Assembly: GCA_003971905.1 (NCBI GenBank)
Contig: RSEE01000052.1
Location: forward strand, 434,001-498,000
Direction: 5' to 3'
DNA length: 64,000 nt
Source of the DNA: Moniliella sp. 'wahieum'
Taxonomy: Eukaryota
Shown here: positions 23,265 to 41,401 of the stretch, piece after piece
Numbering within the stretch: the first letter of the stretch is position 1
Layout of the letters: each line of letters starts with the position of its first letter
Program-made: the position numbers and the translations under genes
The notes under the pieces: model-generated
Told to the model about the DNA's origin: nothing
Databases searched by the model: none
The model's input: only the letters and a program-made list of their open reading frames with translations

Positions 23265-26200
23265 ATGAATCCCTTCAAGGATCTCCTCGGCGACGACGAC
23301 GACGACATCGAGGCCCGCCCCCGCACCTTCCAGCTCGGCAATGCTTCCGAAGACCCCTTTGCCAGCCTCGACGAGCTCGACCGCCCCGCCCCGGCCCAAC
23401 GCGGCCACCACTCGCTCCTGTCTGCCGACGACGACCTGCTCGGCGGAGGTATGTGTCCTCGACACTCAATCCTGTCTCGGCAACCAAGCATCCGCTTGGC
23501 GCCAGCACCGAGACTGTTTTTGACCCCGACTCCGCCACCCAGGGCCCCTTCAGCGACGCCTACCGCGCCGGAGTACCGCGCCGAAACCAAGGGGCCCTTC
23601 AGTGATGTGTACCAAACTCATGTCGACGGAAACTTCAAGAGCATTGAAGCCGACGATGATTTGGGCGATCCCTTGCCAGCCAGCACCTTGTCCTTTGCTC
23701 CCATGCGGCGCCGCCCCGCCACCCGAACCCAAGAAGCGCATTGCCACTTCCCGGCGACGCAAGTACAAGGGTCTAACGACCTGGGACTCGGCCAAGCGCA
23801 CCTTCCGCAACGTGTACGACGAGACAATGTCAGCCTTTGGAAAGTCTTTCCCGTACTCACAGCCCGTCGAGGGAGAGGAGAGCGGACAATTTACCTGAAC
23901 GATGAGGCAGCAAACGCGGCACTCAAGTTTACTGACAACTACGTCTCAACGACCAAGTAAGTGGTGACCTTTGTCCCCAAGTTTCTCATTGGTGTGTTTT
24001 CATACTGGGTTGATCTGCGGAGCTGTACTTACAATTTTCTTTGCCAAAGAACAATTCACCAAATCGGCCAACGTCTTTTTCCTTTTCACCTCGTGCATCC
24101 AGCAGATTCCTGGTGTATCACCCGTTAACGCTGGACAACCATCATCCTCTTGGGGTGGTACTCGCCGCCACAGCGCTCAAGGATTTAAAGGAGGACCGAA
24201 AAGCGCATCAAGCTGATGCGGAACTCAATTCGCGGTTGTGCCAAGTGCTGGACCCGATGGCACCCCCCTCGTCGGGAGGAGCTGGGCAAGGGAGCTTTGA
24301 GTTGCGTGCTTGGGCTGCTGTGGAGGTGGGAGACATTATTCGGGTGGAGAACAACGAATCCTTTCCTGCTGACTTGGTGTTGATCGCCAGCTCAGAGCCC
24401 GAAGGGTTGGCGTACGTCGAGACCTCCAACCTGGATGGCGAGACCAACCTCAAGATCAAGCAAGCCAGTCCCGAACCGCCAACCTGACCACTCTGGCTCG
24501 GTAGCCGCACTTCGCGGGCATCTGGCTTCTGAACACCCCAACAACTCGCTCTACACCTTTGACGCTACCCTTCACCTTCAGACCCAACACAGCGGCTACA
24601 ACCGTGGTCCGACGAAGAAGGTGCCCCTTTCGCCTGACCAGTTCCTTGCAAGGGGAGCGCAGTTGCGCAACACTCTTGGGTCTACGGTATGGTTTGTCTT
24701 AGGTCACGAAACCAAGTAGTTAATGAAGAACGCGACATCGTCACCGATGAAGCGAACCCGAGTGGAGCACGAGTCAATGACCTGATCTTCTTTCTTTTTG
24801 GACTTATGTTGGTCTTGTCCATCACTTCGGCGGCGGGGAGAACTGTGCGCAACAGTTCGTTTGCTAATGAGATGCAGTATCTTCTCCTTAAGGAGGATCA
24901 CCGCAACAAGGCGCGCGCGTTCATCGAGGATGTGCTCACCTTTATCATTGCTTACAGTGCATTGATTCCGATCTCGCTGATTGTCATGATCGAGGTGGTC
25001 AAGTACCGCCAAGCTACGTTTATTAACACTGATTTGGACATGTACTACAGTCCCACTGACACGCCCCGCCTTCTGTCGCTCATCAAGTCTGTAGAGGAAC
25101 TGGGGATGGTGGACTACGTCTTCTCGGACAAGACCGGAACATTGACCCGCAACGAGATGCAATTCCGCCAAGCTTCGATTGGCGGTGTGTGCTACACGGA
25201 CGAGATTGACGAGAGCAAGATGGGTACCGGGAGATTGGCCCCGATGGGCGTGAGTGGGTGGGCAACGGACATGGCATGAGCTTCGTGCCCAGCTGGCTCA
25301 GGGGACGGTGACAGAGCAGACGACGGTGGCCGACGAGTTCCTCACGCTCCTAGCCGTTTGCCACACAGTTATCCCCGAGCGTACTGAAGGCAAAGTGGTG
25401 TACAGGCTCTTCCCCCGACGAGGCGGCACTCGTATCGGGCGCCGAAATGATGCAGTACGAGTTTATCACGCGCAAACCTCGTTCGGTCTTGTGCGTGTTC
25501 GGGGCAGAGAAAGAGTACGAGTGCTCAATGTGTGCGAGTTCAACTCGACTCGAAGCGTATGTCGACCGTGGTGCGCATGCCCGACGGGCGGATCAAGCTT
25601 CTTTGCAAGGGTGCCGACACTGTTATTCTCTCCCGCTTGGCCAAGGAACAGCCCTATCAGGACCTGACCCTAATGCACTTGGAGGACTTTGCCTCTGGGT
25701 ACGGACTTTGCATTGCGTCACGCGACATCTCCCCCTCCGAGTATTCCTACTTGGTCGCGGATCTACGCGGCGGCAGCCCAAATCAATGGCCGAGCTGAAG
25801 CGCTGGACCAAGCGCGGATGCGATCGAGAAGGACATGCTTCTTCTCGGGGCGACGGCAATTGAGGACAAGCTCCAAGAAGGCGTGCCCGAGACGATTCAC
25901 ACGCTGCAGATGGCGGGGATCAAGGTCTGGGTTCTTACGGGCGACAGGCAAGAGACAGCAATCAACATTGGACTCTCGTGCAAGCTCATCTCGGAGAGCA
26001 TGAATCTGGTTATTGTCAACGAGGACAGCCCTGATGCTACGTCCTCTTTCCTCCGAACTCGGCTGGAGGCTGTGCGCAGCCAACGCGCCGCAGGTGAAGT
26101 GGAAGATCTGGCTTTGATTATCGATGGCAAGAGCTTGGGCTTCGCTCTGGGGGAGATGAACATGAGCAAGATGCTCTTTGATCTGGCGGTAATGTGCCAA

Positions 26201-27325
26201 GCGGTGGTGTGCTGTCGGGTGAGCCCATTGCAAAGGCATTGGTGGTCAAGTTAGTCAAGAAGTACCAGAAGGCGTTCTCCTAGCTATTGGGGATGGGGCA
26301 AACGACGTGTCGATGATTCAAGCTGCCCATGTGGGGGTAGGCATCTCGGGCCACGAGGGTTTGCAAGCCGCAAGAAATGCCGATGTGGCCATCAGCCAAT
26401 TCCGGTTCTTGCGCAAACTGCTGCTCGTCCATGGTACCTGGAGTTATACCCGCTTGTCCAAGATGATTCTCTTCACCTTCTACAAAAACACGGCGCTCTT
26501 CATGACCCAGTTCTTCTACTCATTCCAAAATTCGTTCAGTGGGCAAGTGGCGTTCGAGGGCTGGACCTTGTCGTTTTACAATGTGGTCTTCACTTTGCTG
26601 CCTCCGCTCGTGCTTGGCATCTTTGACCAGACCGTTTCGGCGCGCATGCTGGACGGTACCCCCAGCTGTATGGGCGAGTTGTGTTTGACAAGATTGCTTT
26701 GCTGGTTCGACAGTCAATGCGTTTTATCACTCATTCCTTTCGTTCATCATTGTCACTGCCATGTTTTGGGGATCGGCCATGCTGAATGGCGGATACAACT
26801 CCTACCACTGGATCTGGGGCTTGACGCTTTTCATGTCGGTACTGGCTACTGTGCTTGGGAAGGCGACGCTCGTGTCGGACATCTGGACCAAATACGGCGA
26901 TCGGTATGCCTGGCTCGCTTCTGCTCACCATCGTGTTCTTGGCCGTGTACGCCTCGGTTGCGCGCTCATCCCGGGGATCCACCTCTCCAGCGAATACTAC
27001 AAGATCATCCCCCGACTTTACGGGCTGTCGATCTTTTGGTTCAGCATGCTGCTTGTCCCTGTCGCCTGCTTGCTGCGGGACTTTGCGTGGAAGTACTACC
27101 GCCGCACCTACCGCCCCAACTCGACCGACATTATCCAGGAGGTACAGAAGTACAACCTCCAGGACTACCGCCCGCGCATGGACCAGTTCCAAAAGGCGAT
27201 CCGCAAGGTACGGCAGTGCAGCGCATGCGCCGCACTCGTGGCTTTGCCTTCAGCCAAACGGAGGGCGAGCAGGCGCGTCTGATCCGTCAGTACGATACCA
27301 CGATCCGGCGCCGTCGGGACTATAA
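23265..27325 (+). CDS. DRS2: P4-type ATPase aminophospholipid flippase (frameshifted; introns near 23449-23542 and 23992-24049)
   Basis: DNYVSTTK; YVETSNLDGETNLKIKQA; phosphorylation site FSDKTGTLTRN; VWVLTGDRQETAINIG; AIGDGANDVSMIQAAHVGVGISG; Drs2-type C-terminus QEVQKYN..DYRPRMDQFQKAIRKVR and RGFAFSQ. Confidence 0.95.
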
Positions 27326-27851
27326 TGATCCTTACCCAACGCAACCCTGTGCTTGTACCCGTGTATTTGACCCGCGTCTACCCTTAGGATCCATAGGTGG
27401 GAAGGGGGCTACGCATTTGGATGTGACTGGCCCAGTGGCGTCCCTTTTCCCCGGCCAGGCCAGGCGGCGGTGCGATGTGTGTGAGTAGGCACATGCTTCG
27501 CTCTGCCTCCAATCGCTGGAACGCCCAAGGTGCACCCGATGGCATCCGACAACGTTAGCACGCGCTTCCGCCATGCTTCACGCAGTGGGCGGGTGACCTA
27601 ACTCGATGGTGAGTGCCTCCAATTTGCTCCACTGGCAGAGGAATGGGACTGAGTACTGAGTACTGAGGATGTCAATTCCCCTTTTCATCGACCACCACCA
27701 TCCCGCCCCGCAGCCTAATACTACTACTACTAAACTCCATCGCGTGTTTTTTGGTGTTGAAAAGGAATCAATCTGGAACCACTCGCCCTATACTGTACAG
27801 GAGGAGACAAACAAAGTAGAAAGGAAGAAGGCGGAGGGGGGGCGGGTAGGG

Positions 27852-31721
<3,870 letters not shown>

Positions 31722-31900
31722 TTATGTCAGCGCCTCGGCGCGACGCGTTGGGCGCGTTGGGGAGCAGCGGAGCACCGGGCACCCGCGCAGTGTATTCCTG
31801 CTCGCGTGTTCTGCCTGCGCGCGGGGGTTCAAATTCAAACGTTCATATTCCGCACGTGTGGCTGTCAGCGGTGGGTTACAGCACTCTGCACGCGTTGATT

Positions 31901-31947
31901 TCACATTTCACATTTCACATTTCACATTTCACATTTCACATTTCACA
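31901..31947 (+). repeat. Heptamer tandem repeat (TCACATT)x6.7
   Basis: Read directly. It lies between the 3' end of the unknown gene and the SMC3 start. Confidence 0.95.
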
Positions 31948-31984
31948 GGCATCACACTGGGTGATGGGAAGGTGACGCCCCAGG

Positions 31985-33617
31985 CTAGGCTGAGCGCGGC
32001 GGCCAGCTGCCCCAGTAGTTGTTGGATCCTTGCCAGTCTGGAAACGGATTCTGCAGCGGCTGGCACGACGGCTGCCTCCAGTCCTCGTCGGAGCCCAGCG
32101 GCCACATCGGCACCCCGCACACCTCGTTCAACTTGCACCCGGGCCGGCACTTCTTCCACTCGGCCCAGTCCAGGTCGCGCACCAACGCGCGGATCCGCGC
32201 CCGGCTCGCCCCGGCTTGCCCGGCCTCCGCGCCAGCCCGGGCGAGGCGCAGCGTGGTGCAGATGCGATGCGCGATCCGCCCCGTTGCGCGCGACGCTACC
32301 GATCCGTCGTCCGGGTACGGCACCGCCTGAAGCACACCATTTCTCCTCCTCCTTCCACTCCTCCTCTTGCTCTTCCCCCCCCTCCCCCTCCCCCACTACT
32401 GTCCGCGCCAAGCTAGCCGAAAACGGCCGCAGAAGCCGAATCAGTTCCCCGTGCATCTCCTCGTCCGTAGCGTCGGTAGTGATCCAGCGCAGCGGGTCAG
32501 CATACCGCAGCACCACTTCGTCCGCGACCGTGCGCCAGTCAATGCCCTGCTCGGTGGGAACGGTGGTGCGACGGATCCAGTCTTGGGCGGCTTGGTGCAG
32601 CGCCGCGACCTCGGCTTGGGACAGGTGGTCGAACCGAGGCACAACGTGCGAGACGGAACGGTTGCCGGGGGGCACAGGGGGCCCATCGAACAACGGAGCA
32701 TCGTACACGTACGCCGAAAAGTACGAGCGCGGGTCCCAATGCAGCTCGAGTCGCTGGCCCAGTCCGTCGTACCGCTGTGCCACGCCTCCGACCCAGTTTA
32801 CGTTCCCCCGCGCCCGGGCCCAGGCGCCGAGGGGGGCTGCACCCGCAACACCCGTTCCGGCGCCCCCACGTCCCGCTCAAAGTCACACAGAATCAGCTCG
32901 AACCCCGCTTCGGTCCGCACCGTGCCGGCCAGGTGGGGTGCATGCTGCGCATACAACGCGCAAACCTCATCTTTCCGCTGCGTTTCCCCATAAAGGGCGC
33001 GCCGGGGCCAGGAGGCTGGTCGAGCAAAAGGTAGTCTTGCGTACCCGTCGTTCCATACGTCGTCTTGCCCGCACTCATCCCGTCCACATAGAGCACCGTG
33101 AGATCATGCTTGGTACGGTACGTGTGGAAGTAGCCAACACGTTCTTGGCCCAACACCAGCTGGCCCGCACCAGCGCCAGCGCCCTGGCTCTCGAGCTGGT
33201 GCAGGGCCCCCTCCTGCTCCTCCTCTTCCTCCCCGTCGGAACCAGGCGATGCGTCGTTGGGAGGCTTGGTGCCGTTCCGTGGGTTTTTGGGGCCATGCCA
33301 CAACGGCGGACGCGCAAAGACAAGTCCGTGATCTGGCTCAAAGGCGAGCCACTCGGAGCCAGTGACTGGGTCGGGGGTGGGGGAACCGTGGTACAGCACC
33401 GTTCCGTTGGGGATGGTGGCGACCATGAGGCCCATGCCGTTGTGGTGCACGCCGGGGCCCCACTGGCGGCCACTGTCGACAATGGCATTGAAAATCCAGC
33501 TGGCTCGGTCTGCTTCCACTTGCGCATCGGGCTGGAGCACCAGGCGGGCGGGGCGGCGCGGGCGTGGCCGAGCAACAGGAGCGACGCGAGGAGGAGGCGC
33601 AACGGGCTAGGGCGCAT
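31985..33617 (-). CDS. Uncharacterised, probably secreted fungal protein (frameshifted)
   Basis: Signal-peptide-like MRPSPLRLLLASLLLLGHARA; globular segments IFNAIVDSGRQWG..HHNGMGLMVATIPNGTVLYHG, EWLAFEPDH, LYVDGMSAGKT..GTQD and IDWRTVADEVVLRYADPL; Cys-rich C-terminus; GC-rich coding style. Confidence 0.75.
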
Positions 33618-34234
33618 GGGCTAGGACGTGGGCGTGGGCGTGCAGTGGGGGTGGGGGGGTGGGGCCTGAGGTGGAGAGGACGGCAATACGCAGGTGTGGC
33701 AGCGGCCGACGCTGCGCAGCTGCGGTGGTGCGGCGCGCATCCAAGCCCAGAGCTTGCAAGCCGCGGCGATCTGCACGGCCAGCTGGCCAGATTACGCGCT
33801 TATCACTCGCAAGCAGACCACGTGGGCCGCAGCAGCAGCACACCGCACGCGCCGTCACATTCACCTGTTTCTGCGCTTGTGCCGGACAAGCCTTTGCCCA
33901 TCTCCGCCGCCCCGCTCCCACCGCTCTTGGCCCCTCGGCATTCATGCATCATGCCGCCTCCACTCCCGCCGCTGCGGGCACCTACCCATCCCTTTCCCCT
34001 CTAGTATTCTACCTCCTCCATCATACATCGCACCTAATAGTCCCCCATCCAAAGCTAGAACAAACACACTTCAGGACGCCATGACAGCCAGACGACGTCC
34101 GCGCCCCTTCCAGCAGCGCGGCGACAGACAGAGACGAGACAGATGGGCCAGAGGCGGGGCCGAGACGGAGAACCAAGCAAAGGAGGGGGGGGGGGGAAAG
34201 TGCACCGCGACGTTCAACTGCATCGAGCATTAGC

Positions 34235-36658
34235 TTAGGCAGGGTACACGTACCCCTGACCTTCAGGCAAGTCCATGGCGAGGCCCGTCGGGTCCGCCTC
34301 GTCGTCAAAAAAGTAATCGTCCGACGAATCCGAGTCGGAGGGATCGCCCTTGGGATGGGCCAGGCGCCGCTGCTCGAGGTACATGTCGAGGGAGGAAGGG
34401 GGGTTCTTGAGGTCTTCGCGCAACTGGCGTGGCGGCGGCACGTTTCGCGCTTGCGCTTCGCCCAGTGCTTTTCTCCGTACTTGGGCCCACGCTTTGTCCT
34501 TGTCCATGTGTACCTGGCGCTCGGCGAGGCGCTGCATGCGGTACGCAGCCGTCAGCGATTCCACCAGCGCCGGGTTGACCTCGACGCTCATCCGGAGCGC
34601 GTTGCGCGCGAGTTGGTGGATGGTCTTGTTCCAGTGGTGGCGCGCGTTGCGGTACACGACGAAACAGGGCAAACGAGCCAAGACTTGCTCAATGTGGTCC
34701 GACAGGAGCGAAACAATGTACTCATTGTTCCACAGGTAGAGCGTGCGCTCGGCCACTTGAAAGTGCGGCGAGTCAATGCGCGGCGAGTTGGGTAAAGAGC
34801 GGGGTGGCCACCTTGCTAAATTCGCTCGGGTCCATCGCATCCAGAATCTCCTCGGTCTCATTGAGAAACATGACCTCCTTGGGCGAGTTGATCTTGGGCC
34901 AGTACCGCAGCAGACCAGCACCACTGGCGACGTCAAGCTCGGGTCCTTCTCGAGGAACTGCACAACACAGTAGGCCAACTGAGGATGGTAGAGCGATAAG
35001 CTGCGCGCCTTGTGGAGCGGGACCAGGACTCGGGCCAAAAAGACCTTGTGTTCCTGCTTGAGCGGCAAGGCAAACCATTGATGATCGACCCCAAGATTTC
35101 CAGTAGCTCGGCAATCCCATTGAACCGCTCCGTCTCGTACAGAAACGCAAAAAAGACGTGGTTGATGGAGCGACGGATAAACGCACGCAGGTTGAGAAAC
35201 TTGCCATAGATGCGATGCAGCGTCGTCTTGAGAAAGTCGCGTTCTCTCGGATCCTCCGAATCAACAACTCCAACAGCTGCAGCACAAACGGCGGATTAAT
35301 GTACCGCTTGGCCAGCGACGTTTGGAACTCGGGCGACTCGACAAACCGCAAAAAGAACTCGTACACTACTTGCAGATGCGGCCAGGCCGGCTCCAAGCTC
35401 GGCTCGTCTCCTCCGGATCATACGCGCCCTCACCAACGTTGCCTCCGCCATAGAGCAGCGCCGCCGGCGACGGCGGGCCCCCGCGCGTCTCGGACGCGAG
35501 CGGCGCCAAGTCCGTCGACTCGTCCAGCGGGTTGTAGCAAAAGTCTGTGGCGATCGGGTTGGCACGCACGCGCGGCTGGCCGCAGCTTGAGCCAGGTTGT
35601 AGCCAGGCGGAATGGTACGGAACAGATTGGCAGCAAACATGTTGATCACTTCGGGGTAGATGCCTCGGTAATGACCCCCTTGTGGTGGTGATGTACTCGA
35701 GCAGCTCATGCAGCGTGGCAGCCTTGACCTGCTTGCCCTGCATGTCGCTCGTGGGATCGTCAAAGTCAAACACGACACAGCATTGGCGCAGCTTGCGAAT
35801 AAACAGTTGTTGTCGGTCTGCCGGAACCACCTCGACAAACGCCGGCAGTTTCTCCAGGTCCTGCGGCGGACGAGCGCCGGGCGGCAGCCCGAGCATCGCC
35901 GGGTCCCACGCTCCATGCGACACATTCATCCGACTGCTGCGTTGTTTCCGCGGAGGCGTCTTGACCGCTGTACCGGGCAGAATATCCTTGGGCGTTTGCT
36001 GCGACAGCGGCGTTGGCGACCCCACCATCCCCGACCCGGCAGCCGGTGCTCCGCCAATCGCATGCCACCACCGAGCACTTGCGATCCTTCTTTCCCAGGC
36101 CCACGCTCCACTCCCTCCCGCCCATTCTGGGCGCCGAGGTAGGCATGGGAAGCGGCGGAAGGACGGATACCAGTCGCGTTGACCGGAGAGAAGCGGCTGC
36201 ACCAGCGGGTGTGCCAGGCGTCAGCACCGAAGGCGCCGCAGGAGTGGTGCGCTCCGGCGGCGCTACGCGCCCAACAGAGCCGGATGGCGAGGCGGACGAA
36301 GCAGAAGACGTGCCACTTTTGCGCCCAGAGCGGGACGACTTGGATTCCTTGGGGGGCGCGGGCGGCGGTTGTCCTGTGCCGAGGCCGGCGTCTGCATGGC
36401 GGGTGCCGGCGCAGAGGCGGCGGGAGTCGCGCCATTCGAGCGCCGGCTCTCCTTGGGCAGAGTGTTGGAGCCGGTGCTCTTGAGGGACCGCAGCGACGGC
36501 GTACGGCTGGCGCTGCTGCCCGACGCAGCGGGGGCGGGGGCGCGGAGGCGGGCGGAGGTGGTGGCGCGGGCGGGGGGGGGGCGGGGGTCGGCGGAGTGGG
36601 TCTGCTTGGCGTCGCTCTTGGAGCGCGAAAGCGCCATGGCCTTCTTGAAGCTCTTCAT
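34235..36658 (-). CDS. RTS1: Protein phosphatase 2A regulatory subunit B56/B' (frameshifted)
   Basis: [113 protein letters not shown]. Confidence 0.95.
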
Positions 36659-37070
36659 TGCTGCATGCCCCACCAGACAGGTCGGGGCGGCGAGGGGGGG
36701 CAGGAGATGGCGGCCGCTGCTTGCTGCTTCGGCGCCACGGGTGAAGCTTCAACTTCAAGTGAAGCTTGAAGGGTCAAGTGAATCACACGTCCCATCACAC
36801 GTCGTGCTCTGCTGAAACCCCCGCCAGCGCCATCATCACGGGGGGGCCGTGGCGCACCACACGTCTGCGCCCTCCACGTCACGCCCGCCCACGCAGCGCG
36901 TCCGCTTACGTACGCCCCGCGCTCCACGCGGCGCCACCTGCTCGCAGCGCCAGCCGCCATTCCGCCGCGCGTTCCGCCGGACGTGCGTCGGAATTCCACG
37001 TGGCGTGTCGAGAGAGAGAGAGAGCCACCACCAACACCACCACCCTGGCCCACCCCGTCGCAGCTCCCAC

Positions 37071-38067
37071 ATGGCGCTGCCCCTGTACGTGCCGCTGGCG
37101 TACATTGTCTCCTTGTAGCCGCCATCAGCTCCTTCAGCCGCATCCACGCCGCCGCGCCGCCGGCGCCTCGCCGCCGATGCCACGGCCCAGCCTTGGTTTG
37201 TCGGCGGCCATCCCGAGCGCGACATTTACCAGACGCTGTCGCGGCCGATGCCGCCGCACAGGAGGAGGACAAGCCCCGTGTCCCCGAAAAGGTGCTCCGT
37301 GCCGCGCTCCTGAACCGGGCCATGGCGGATGTGCGCGTCTGCGCCGCATGAGGGAGGACAAGAACGCGCTCGCCACCCTCCTCCAGCGCGGCAGCCTGGG
37401 CGACGTGACGGCCGAACGCTTTGCTCTGGCCGAGAAGGAGCTGGAGGCAGAGCTGCTGGACACGGTGTCCGAAGCAAACTCCTTCCACCCGGGCTGGGGA
37501 CAAGTACTGTTCCAGCAAGCCAACGAGATGGTTAGCCATCTGAAAATCAAAAGAGACGTACTTTGCCATCCCGCCAAGCGAGAGGAAATGAGTGCGTCCC
37601 CGTCTCTGCGAGTCCTGCGTCGTTTGCACCCCCTGCGGTACTAACCCTGACCACGCAGAAAAACCAAATCGATCGAGTGGCAAGAGCATTCCGCGGCCCA
37701 GGATGCCGCTTCCTCGCTCTCACTCCCCCGGGACGCAGATCCAGGTGCCGGGGCCTCCGCCCCTGTCTGCTATGGGCCCCACGGCTCCGGGACGCAGGTC
37801 AAATTCAACCTGCCGCCTCAAGTCGCCGCTGCGATGCAAGCGACAGGAGGGAGGATTGTACCACAGATGCTGCTGCGATCGCTGCGGCCAATGGGGGCCG
37901 ACTGCCCCCGCCTGCTGTCGATGCTGGATCAAATGCGTGCAGCGCATATGGAGGCGCGAGCACAAGCAGAAGCTCAGGGCAAGGCTGATGGTCCCAAGCC
38001 GCCGGCGGTCACGGCTGCTGGAACGGGCCAAAAGGCGGCTACAGTGGAAGAGGCCGAGGACGAGTAA
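37071..38067 (+). CDS. SEC66: Sec62/63 translocon subunit Sec66 (Sec71); intron near 37592-37658
   Basis: N-terminal membrane segment MALPLYVPLAYIVSL; HPERDIYQTL; VLRAALLNRAMADV; MREDKNALATLLQRGSLGD; AEKELEAELLDTVSEANSFHPGWGQVLFQQANEMV. The intron reads GTGCGT..TACTAAC..CAG. Confidence 0.85.
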
Positions 38068-38568
38068 ACCTACCCTTTCTTTGTACATCACCTGATCACC
38101 GGATTCCTTCCTATTGCATTCGTTTGCGTCGCCCTCCCAGATCGCACACATGATGGATTCATAATGATTCCTGGTCGGCACGGCCGACGCTCGGGCAGAG
38201 CGGAGGAAGCGGGCCGAAGCGAAATAGCACACTATGGTACGTTCGTCATAGGCCCGTCTCGCCTCGAGCGAGGTACTGCCAACTACGTAAAATAGAACCG
38301 ACTGTGGCTTTGTATGGTTGGGGCGTGCCTGTGCACGCAATCCAGTCGCGGCGCATCACCTTTCACCATGGCAGACCGTCGAGTGGGACCGGGTTGGACA
38401 ACAAGACCCCCCCTTCTCCAATCTGGGTTTCGTTTGCCTCCCAAACCGCTGAGACGCTGAACCGCTGAACCAACCCATTTCCCTAGCAGAGCCAAGCTCG
38501 CTGCTCGCTGCCACCACGCATGGCACGAGGCGAGCTTGGCGAGGCTAGGCCAACGTCCATTCCATTCA

Positions 38569-39438
38569 TCAGGTAAGCTGGTTGGACATGCGGTCAAACC
38601 TGCGGTTGATGCCGCCCAAGGGATTTGACAATCAGATCGAACGACAAGGCCATGCCGCTGCACGGTGTGGTATCGACGATATCGCGAACATGTTGTTCGG
38701 AGGAAGCGAGTCATCGAGGTTGGCGCAAAAACGTGCCGGCCTCTTGATCGTCGCCGACTTGGATAAAGGAGAAACCGAGCTGCGAAAGCGGTAGACGGTC
38801 CTGTCCAAGCGCTGCGCCAGCGACAACAACACATCTTCCAACTCGTCCGTTGGCGCCCCATCCGTATCACTACATAGTTGCGTTCCGCACCTCGTGCATG
38901 CCCGCCGGCAGCGGCCGCGCGCCAACTTGTGCTCCCGCACCAGCTGCACCGCATCCAGGTACGCCATCACCACTCTTCCAGCCGGCCGCCCGTGGGCGTG
39001 GCGCCGTCCGGACAGACACTGTCGAACAACGCGCGCACATCCTGGTTGGGATCGTGCAGTTGCGCACCGAGCGGTCCGATTGAGAAAATACACATCAATC
39101 CCATCGGGTCTTTGCTCGCCACCAGCGCGTGAGACCCGACAGCGCATCGCGCCTCTTGCCACCCGCGTGACGCCCTGCGCATCCGCAAGCTGCATCGACG
39201 CACTATCGTCCACCACCAGCACCGTGTCGAACCCGCGCAGCAGGTCAGCGGGTCCTCGTGCGCCGCGCCAGCACGCGCGGGCGCGGCGCCGGTGGAAGCG
39301 TGCGGGCCGACGGGCGGGCGGCAGGCTGGCTGCTGGAGGCGTAGGTGGCGGGACTGGCCACGTACTCGGCCGCACTGGACGAGGGCGGGGGGAGGCGTAG
39401 GCCGCGTCGTACGCCGGCGGCGGAGGGGCACTGTCCAT
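38569..39438 (-). CDS. von Willebrand factor A-domain protein (frameshifted)
   Basis: MIDAS-like LLRGFDTVLVVDDSASM; PDGIDVYFLNR; PDGATPTG; TDGAPTDELEDVL; RFLRQ..DD; C-terminal GGINRRFD. Confidence 0.8.
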
Positions 39439-39921
39439 GGCGGAGGGGTGGGGGGCACAGGCGGCACCGGGTGGTGGTTGCAGCTGCGTCTACTCTTACA
39501 GCAATCCGCCTGGGCTTTCAGCTGGCGACGCTCAGCCACTAGTCGCTCGCTTGCGCAGCAGCCTGCCGCCATCACGTGACCTGTCCACGCTGTCCCGGCG
39601 ACCGCCTTGAAGCTTGAAGCTTGATTAACGATGCTCCGCACGGCCACCCCCCACCACACGCCTATCGCCCACACCAACCAGCTACTAAGCCACAGCACAT
39701 CGTATTCGACGCAAGCACGCCTGGGCAAAAGGAAGCAGCAGACGGCGGGAAAAAAAACTAAGGGGGTCAAGAAGAAGCACGACCAGGAGCGATAAAGCAC
39801 GGAAGAACAACAAGACACCAGCAACGAGTGAGGGACTGGCTGGTTCAAACCAGGACGAGGCGGGAGGGGGTGGGGGGAACGATCGCAAATCACAACGCAA
39901 GCACATTCGCAGGCTTGGCAC

Positions 39922-41401
<1,480 letters not shown>

